From: a bacterium
GTDB lineage: Bacteria > Electryoneota > Electryoneia > Electryoneales > Electryoneaceae
Direction of reading: 5' to 3'
Assembly (NCBI GenBank): GCA_963669175.1
Contig: OY769902.1
Span: 3,584,001 to 3,648,000, forward strand
DNA length: 64,000 nucleotides
A program made the translations under genes and the position numbers. The notes below the pieces were generated by a model. That model made no database searches. It saw only the letters and a list, made by a program, of their open reading frames with translations, and was not told the DNA's origin. This document shows positions 58,695 through 64,000 of the stretch, in pieces; within the stretch, counting starts at the first letter, position 1; each line of letters opens with the position of its first letter.

Positions 58695-58771
58695 TGGTAC
58701 GCCCGTTGGGACTCGAACCCAAAACCCCCGGCTTAGAAGGCCGGTGCTCTATCCGGTTGAGCTACGGGCGC
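58695..58771 (-). tRNA. tRNA-Arg (TCT)
   Basis: GCGCCCG...anticodon CT-TCT-AA...GGTTCGAGTCC...CGGGCGT-ACCA. Confidence 0.93.
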
Positions 58772-58868
58772 ATTACGGTCGAGCTACCGTGCTCCTTCAA
58801 CCGTATCGCTTGGATGCTGTGAACGTCCATGAAGGTCATCGCACAGGCAATCCAAAGAAAAACAACGA

Positions 58869-58944
<76 letters not shown>

Positions 58945-59090
58945 TCTATGAATTAGCATGACAAAGTAGATGTCTGCCCCGATGCCTGTCAAGCCTTGGG
59001 AGACCCCATTCAGGGCTCGTTATGCCAAACTTTTCCTGTGGTTTTTTCTTGGTTGAGTGAGTACCATTCAATACCTTGTCAGGTAGTAAC

Positions 59091-59669
59091 ATGGATGATG
59101 ACGTGCTTGGAAAAATCCTTTCATACCTGGTAGTTCTGGTGCTCGGACTTGTTGCCGGAATCATCATTGGCAGCATGCGCGTCCCACCTCCAACCCATAT
59201 CCCCACACCGCATTCAGACTTTCGCTTACTGGAAAGCGGAAATTCTGATCAGGCAGAAAAGGTCAACGAGAACCAACACGCAGCGTCGGTCGTCTCATCT
59301 TCGAAAGAAACTGCTGATCTGTTTGAGAAGAAGAACTGGCCGCAGGGACGTGTGGCAAACCTGACACCCACATTCGCCAACCTCAGTACTTCCTGGCGTG
59401 ATCGTACCCTGTATTATCATTTTAAAGTTTTCCCTGATACAGTACTGCAACGTCACCTGAAATCAGGCAAGACAAGCTCATCAGGATTCACCATTCGTCT
59501 GCTGGATCGGAACCGTTTTCTACTGCATACTATCTTCATTCCATACTACCGGATGTCCTCTTTTCGTAATGAGAGAATGGACTTGAACGGCCTGGAGGTA
59601 AACGAATCCATTCCCTTGCAAAAAGAGGACTACCGGTTTGCCGCGTTCTGGGAAGTGGAATGGGAGTAG
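59091..59669 (+). CDS. Hypothetical membrane-anchored protein
   Basis: N-terminal TM helix followed by soluble domain; no recognised motif. Confidence 0.65.
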   Translation: MDDDVLGKILSYLVVLVLGLVAGIIIGSMRVPPPTHIPTPHSDFRLLESGNSDQAEKVNENQHAASVVSSSKETADLFEKKNWPQGRVANLTPTFANLSTSWRDRTLYYHFKVFPDTVLQRHLKSGKTSSSGFTIRLLDRNRFLLHTIFIPYYRMSSFRNERMDLNGLEVNESIPLQKEDYRFAAFWEVEWE

Positions 59670-59700
59670 TTGCGGATATCGTTTACCATGAGGAATAGTA

Positions 59701-60936
59701 TCAATCTTCGTTCACATCCGCCCCGGCATGGACAACGACAATCCCTTCATCACTGATGGCAAAACGCTTTTTATCTTCTTCCAGATCAACCCCGATTCTG
59801 GAGTTGGGTGGGATTTGCACCCCGACATCAACAATGGCATTCCGAAGAATAGACCCACGCCCCACTCGCACCCGGTCAAACAGGATACAACCGTATACAT
59901 CAGAGAAAGAACCGACTCGCACTTCGGGCGATACCACAGATTTTTCAACCCGTCCCCCTGAGATAATCACCCCGGGTGACAGCAGAGAATCAACCGCACG
60001 TCCGACACGTCCTTCACGTTCATTGTTGAAAACCGTTTTCGCAGGTGGTAATTCACTGTTAAAACTTCGAATAGGCCAGGAATAATCATACAGGTTAAAG
60101 ACTGGATCCACATCAATCAAATCCATGTTGGCTTTGTAATAAGCGTCTATAGTCCCGATATCACGCCAGTACGGTTCCTTTTTACGGTTCTCGTCTTCAA
60201 AAATGTATGCTGAGATGTTGGCTTTCGCTTGTAACAGGCGTGGTATGATATCCGTCCCGAAATCGAAATGCTCTTCCGGATTAATCACTTCATATGACAA
60301 GATTTCTTTCAGGAAATCACGTTTAAGGATATACAAACCCATATTACAGATGGCACGGTCAGGCTCGGAAGGAAGCGGCGCAGGATTTTCCGGCTTTTCT
60401 TCAAATGAAAGCACATGAAGATTTGTGTCAACTGTCACGACACCGAGATTCTTCGCAATGTCCAATGGCATGTCAACACAGGCGATAGTAAGATCCGCCT
60501 CTCGGTTCATGTGGTATTCCAGCATTTTCCGGTAGTCCATCTTGTACACATGATCCCCGGACAGAATCAGTAGATAAGAATTATCCTCCTTGTCAATCAT
60601 GTCAATATTGCGGTAAATCGAATCTGCCGTCCCACGATACCATTCACGCCCGGAATAATGCTGCGGGGGACGCGCTTCAATAAACTCGCCCAGTTCTGCA
60701 CGGAACAGACGACACCAGCCAAGACGAAGATGACGTTCCAACGAAGAAGAAGCGAACTGGGTAAGCACAAAAACGCGGCGAAGCCCTGAATTCAAACAAT
60801 TGGATAGCGTAAAATCGATAATACGGTAAATGCCTCCGAACCGGATGGCAGGTTTGGCACGGTGTAATGTAAGTGGGGCAAGTCGTTTGCCACGACCTCC
60901 GGCAAGGATCATCGTCGTAACATCTTCCATCGACAC
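59701..60936 (-). CDS. glgC: Glucose-1-phosphate adenylyltransferase
   Basis: LAGGRG.RL.PLT..RAKPA, YRGTAD, LSGDHVYKMDY, FEEKP, YWRDIGT. Confidence 0.95.
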   Translation of the reverse strand: MSMEDVTTMILAGGRGKRLAPLTLHRAKPAIRFGGIYRIIDFTLSNCLNSGLRRVFVLTQFASSSLERHLRLGWCRLFRAELGEFIEARPPQHYSGREWYRGTADSIYRNIDMIDKEDNSYLLILSGDHVYKMDYRKMLEYHMNREADLTIACVDMPLDIAKNLGVVTVDTNLHVLSFEEKPENPAPLPSEPDRAICNMGLYILKRDFLKEILSYEVINPEEHFDFGTDIIPRLLQAKANISAYIFEDENRKKEPYWRDIGTIDAYYKANMDLIDVDPVFNLYDYSWPIRSFNSELPPAKTVFNNEREGRVGRAVDSLLSPGVIISGGRVEKSVVSPEVRVGSFSDVYGCILFDRVRVGRGSILRNAIVDVGVQIPPNSRIGVDLEEDKKRFAISDEGIVVVHAGADVNED

Positions 60937-61102
60937 CTCCCCGGTAACACTGGAATATTATACAATACTATTGGTTTTTTCTCCTTACAAGCAAATTTTT
61001 TCCGATATTTGAAAAGTGGTTCCACATTTTACGTTACCTTTTTCGCTGAACTCCAGAGTACCGGGGATCTAAACCACCACGTTCCGCGTTCACTGGAAGA
61101 CC

Positions 61103-61819
61103 ATGATTGAGATAAAAGAACTGACAAAACACTACCTGCTGGGTGGACAGGAAGTACGAGCCCTTGATGGTATCGACATGACGATCCCAAATGGGGAATT
61201 CCTGCGGATTGTTGGCTCTTCGGGGTCCGGCAAATCGACCCTCCTGAACCTTATCGCCGGACTGGACACCCCCACTTCAGGTTCAATCTCCACCCCGTTC
61301 GGCGAACTGGCAACCATGACAGATAAACAGCGCAGCCGCTGGCGCAGCGAGTATATCGGTATGGTCTTCCAGTCGTTTAACCTGATCAATCACCACAACG
61401 CTTTGTACAATGTCGGACTTGGCCTGCTGTTCAAAGATGCGCCGTCCGATGAAAGACAAAAAGCTGCGATAGCCATGTTGACACGGCTGGGAATGGCTGA
61501 GCGTCTGCATCATAAACCGGCAGACCTGTCCGGTGGTGAACAACAGCGTGTGGCGCTGGCTCGTGCGCTGGTGAAGAAACCGACCCTGCTGCTTGCCGAT
61601 GAACCTACGGGCAACCTGGACCGTGAAAACGCCCTTCAAATCGAATCGCTGCTGGCGGATTTGAACCGGGAAGGTCTGACGGTTGTCGTGGTAACGCATG
61701 ATCCCGAGTTTGCCCTGTCTCATGCACACCGCACGCTACATCTAAGTTTCGGTAAACAGTCCAGTGAAGAGACTCACCGTTCCCTGGACACGCAGGAGAC
61801 AAGCTATGATCCTGCGTGA
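61103..61819 (+). CDS. ABC transporter ATP-binding protein (LolD/MacB-like)
   Basis: [31 protein letters not shown]. Confidence 0.92.
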   Translation: MIEIKELTKHYLLGGQEVRALDGIDMTIPNGEFLRIVGSSGSGKSTLLNLIAGLDTPTSGSISTPFGELATMTDKQRSRWRSEYIGMVFQSFNLINHHNALYNVGLGLLFKDAPSDERQKAAIAMLTRLGMAERLHHKPADLSGGEQQRVALARALVKKPTLLLADEPTGNLDRENALQIESLLADLNREGLTVVVVTHDPEFALSHAHRTLHLSFGKQSSEETHRSLDTQETSYDPA

Positions 61820-63224
61820 GTTTATCGGAATTTCGCTGGGGAACCTGTGGCGAATGAAACTGCGAACCGCGCTTACAGTCAGCGGCATCATGATCGGGAT
61901 CGGGGCGCTGGTGTCAATGCTTTCCTTCGGTTTTGGTATACAAAGGAATGTCTCCGATCAGTTTCATAAAATGGGGTTGCTGACAACGCTACAGGTACGA
62001 GCTGTCACCGGTGAAAGATCGGAGGCTACCTCCACTCCTCCGGGGCATCCACCAGTGAACCAAGAGGAAGAATCGGATCAATCCCCCCAACGAATCCTTA
62101 ATGCCGCAGCGCTGGATACTTTCAAGGCTATTCCGGGTGTCTCCCTGGCGTACCCGTTGGAAACATTTGACGCTTACCTGCTGTTTGGGAATGATTCAAC
62201 GAAAGTATCCGCCCAAGCGCTCCCTGCTGTGTTTGCCGACCATCAGAGCTTCGGTGACCTGTTGAACGGCCGTTTTTTCACCTCTGACACAGCTCACGCC
62301 ATCGTTCTATCTGAAGAGGTCACGGAGAAGCTGGGCTTAACACCGGATAGCGCACTCGGGCAGGTGATTACACTTCGCACAACCGGACGCAGCTCACTGA
62401 TCAACGCTTTTCTTGATAATCAGCTCGCCCAGTTTGATATTCCTCCACCGGCACGTTTGATAATCCGTACTGCGGCAGAGTCGTTTCTGAATCGCGGCGA
62501 GAAACAAACCGAGATTGAGGTTACCGTTTGTGGGGTCGCTGAACTGAGAAGTGGCTTCGGATATGTGATCAAGGATGTACTGGTGCCCACGGAAACTGTT
62601 GCCGGATTGGACCGTGTCTCCTTCTCCAATCCGCTGGAATTAATGAATATCCTCTCTTCCGATCCGGATCAGGGCTGGAAACAGGCGCTGGTTGTGGTTG
62701 AACATGACAGTAGCTTGAACCGTGTCAGTGAGACAATCGAGGATATGGGCTTTGAGGTGTTCAGCTTTGCCGGTCGATTTGATGAGATCAAACGTAATTT
62801 CGCCATTTTTGACCTGATGATGAGCGCGGTCGGTTTCATCGCTGTGATTGTATCCCTGATGGGAATTGTCAACACCATGGTCATGTCCGTCACCGAGCGA
62901 AAACGTGAAATCGGTATCTTGAAATCGCTGGGCGGTGAAGAAAGCCAGATACGCTTGCTGTTCCTGGTTGAGTCCGGCGTCATCGGTTTAATCGGTTCCG
63001 TGTTCGGCCTGATCCTGGGCTGGGCGGTCAGTGAAGTGGGTTCTCTGATCTTCAAGGAGATCATGCGACGTGAAGGCGGACCGGTGCTGGATATGTTCCT
63101 GATCCCCTGGTGGATGATCCCTGTCGCGCTGGGGTTCGGGATTACCGTGAGTATTCTTGCCGGTCTCTACCCTGCTGCCCGAGCCGCCCATGTCGACCCG
63201 GTGAAAGCGCTCAGGAATGAGTAG
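61806..63224 (+). CDS. ABC transporter permease (MacB/FtsX-like)
   Basis: KLRTALT..GI.IG, ERKREIGILKSLG, GLYPAARAA..DPVKALR. Confidence 0.92.
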   Translation: MILREFIGISLGNLWRMKLRTALTVSGIMIGIGALVSMLSFGFGIQRNVSDQFHKMGLLTTLQVRAVTGERSEATSTPPGHPPVNQEEESDQSPQRILNAAALDTFKAIPGVSLAYPLETFDAYLLFGNDSTKVSAQALPAVFADHQSFGDLLNGRFFTSDTAHAIVLSEEVTEKLGLTPDSALGQVITLRTTGRSSLINAFLDNQLAQFDIPPPARLIIRTAAESFLNRGEKQTEIEVTVCGVAELRSGFGYVIKDVLVPTETVAGLDRVSFSNPLELMNILSSDPDQGWKQALVVVEHDSSLNRVSETIEDMGFEVFSFAGRFDEIKRNFAIFDLMMSAVGFIAVIVSLMGIVNTMVMSVTERKREIGILKSLGGEESQIRLLFLVESGVIGLIGSVFGLILGWAVSEVGSLIFKEIMRREGGPVLDMFLIPWWMIPVALGFGITVSILAGLYPAARAAHVDPVKALRNE

Positions 63225-63354
63225 CCTCACAAGAATTTACAAGATGAACAGGATGGGTAAGGATTATCAGGATAGAAAACACATGATAAGTGAAGGTATT
63301 TAAACCACATAGGCATACTTTTAAGTCATGGATTATATTACTCTTCCTATACTC

Positions 63355-63377
63355 CCGGCCAGGCATGGCCGGTCTAC
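63355..63377 (-). repeat. Single GTAG-type REP
   Basis: GTAG-A-CCGGCCA-TGCC-TGGCCGG on minus strand between convergent genes. Confidence 0.45.
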
Positions 63378-63397
63378 CTTAACTTTTTTCACCTTTT

Positions 63398-64000
63398 TCA
63401 CTTACAACTTTTTTCACTTCCTTTCACTTCTCCTCCAACAACAACACAGGTCACATCCGCAAACAGTATTTCAAGAGAGTTGAGTTGTCGTAAATCAATC
63501 GCCAACACCGTAACATCCGCCAAATTCCCGACTTCCAGCGTGCCCAGGTCATTCTCCTGGAAGGCGGCCCAAGCGGCGTCAACAGTATACCCTCGCAGCG
63601 CTTCTTCGATTGTCATACGGTGTTCCGGGTACCAGCCGTTTTTCGGGAATCCAGCATGGTCCATGCGAGTAACGGCAGCGTAGATCCCTGTTCGCGGGTC
63701 ATGGCTTTCGATAGGATAATCGCTGCCCAGGGGAATACGGCATTCTTGTTCCAGCAGGCTGCGCCAGGCGTAGGCGCCTTTTATCCGTTCTGCGCCAATC
63801 CTGTCCTCTGCCCAGGGCATGTCTGAGGTTGCATGAGTAGGTTGCATGGAAGGAATAATGCCCAGCTCGGCAAATCGTGCGATATCATCCGGGTGGATGA
63901 TCTGCGCATGCTCAATACGCAGGCGATGGTCTTCAACAGGGACATCTTTCAACGCCGCTTCGTAGGCGTCCAGCACCAACCGATTGCCACGATCTCCGAT
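63398..64000 (-). CDS. Amidohydrolase (YtcJ-like), C-terminal part (runs off window)
   Basis: RIEHAQ, SMQPTH, LGSDYPIE, GTLEVGNLAD. Confidence 0.88.
   Translation of the reverse strand: MGDRGNRLVLDAYEAALKDVPVEDHRLRIEHAQIIHPDDIARFAELGIIPSMQPTHATSDMPWAEDRIGAERIKGAYAWRSLLEQECRIPLGSDYPIESHDPRTGIYAAVTRMDHAGFPKNGWYPEHRMTIEEALRGYTVDAAWAAFQENDLGTLEVGNLADVTVLAIDLRQLNSLEILFADVTCVVVGGEVKGSEKSCK

Overview
Chromosomal window from a bacterium that probably belongs to the FCB superphylum or a related candidate phylum. This is inferred from three large secreted proteins with T9SS-like C-terminal sorting domains, an FprA, and IorAB-Buk and FixCX metabolism. It holds about 50 mostly metabolic, transport and signalling genes, four tRNAs (Glu-TTC, His-GTG, Arg-TCT, Pro-TGG) and a NikR-regulated NikMNQO nickel transporter. 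Mobile DNA comprises a complete IS701-like element, a complete IS630 element, a REP-associated tyrosine transposase (RAYT) flanked by about 245-bp repeat cassettes, and several further REP/MITE-like families. The most striking unexplained feature is an ORF-free, ~590-nt minus-strand unit (about 46141 to 45548). It has a well-spaced sigma54 promoter, a perfect 13-bp long-range closing stem, about 20 copies of a GCAC(GG/GA/UG)-type motif at 12-13-nt spacing, and an intrinsic terminator. This is a candidate undescribed protein-sponge/decoy RNA. Other leads are a leaderless uORF plus terminator attenuator, a gingipain-like protein with His-to-Arg at the catalytic position and recurring (E/D)LD junction motifs, and a RapZ-CTD/MurU fusion. 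All calls come from reading the sequence; no database searches were run.
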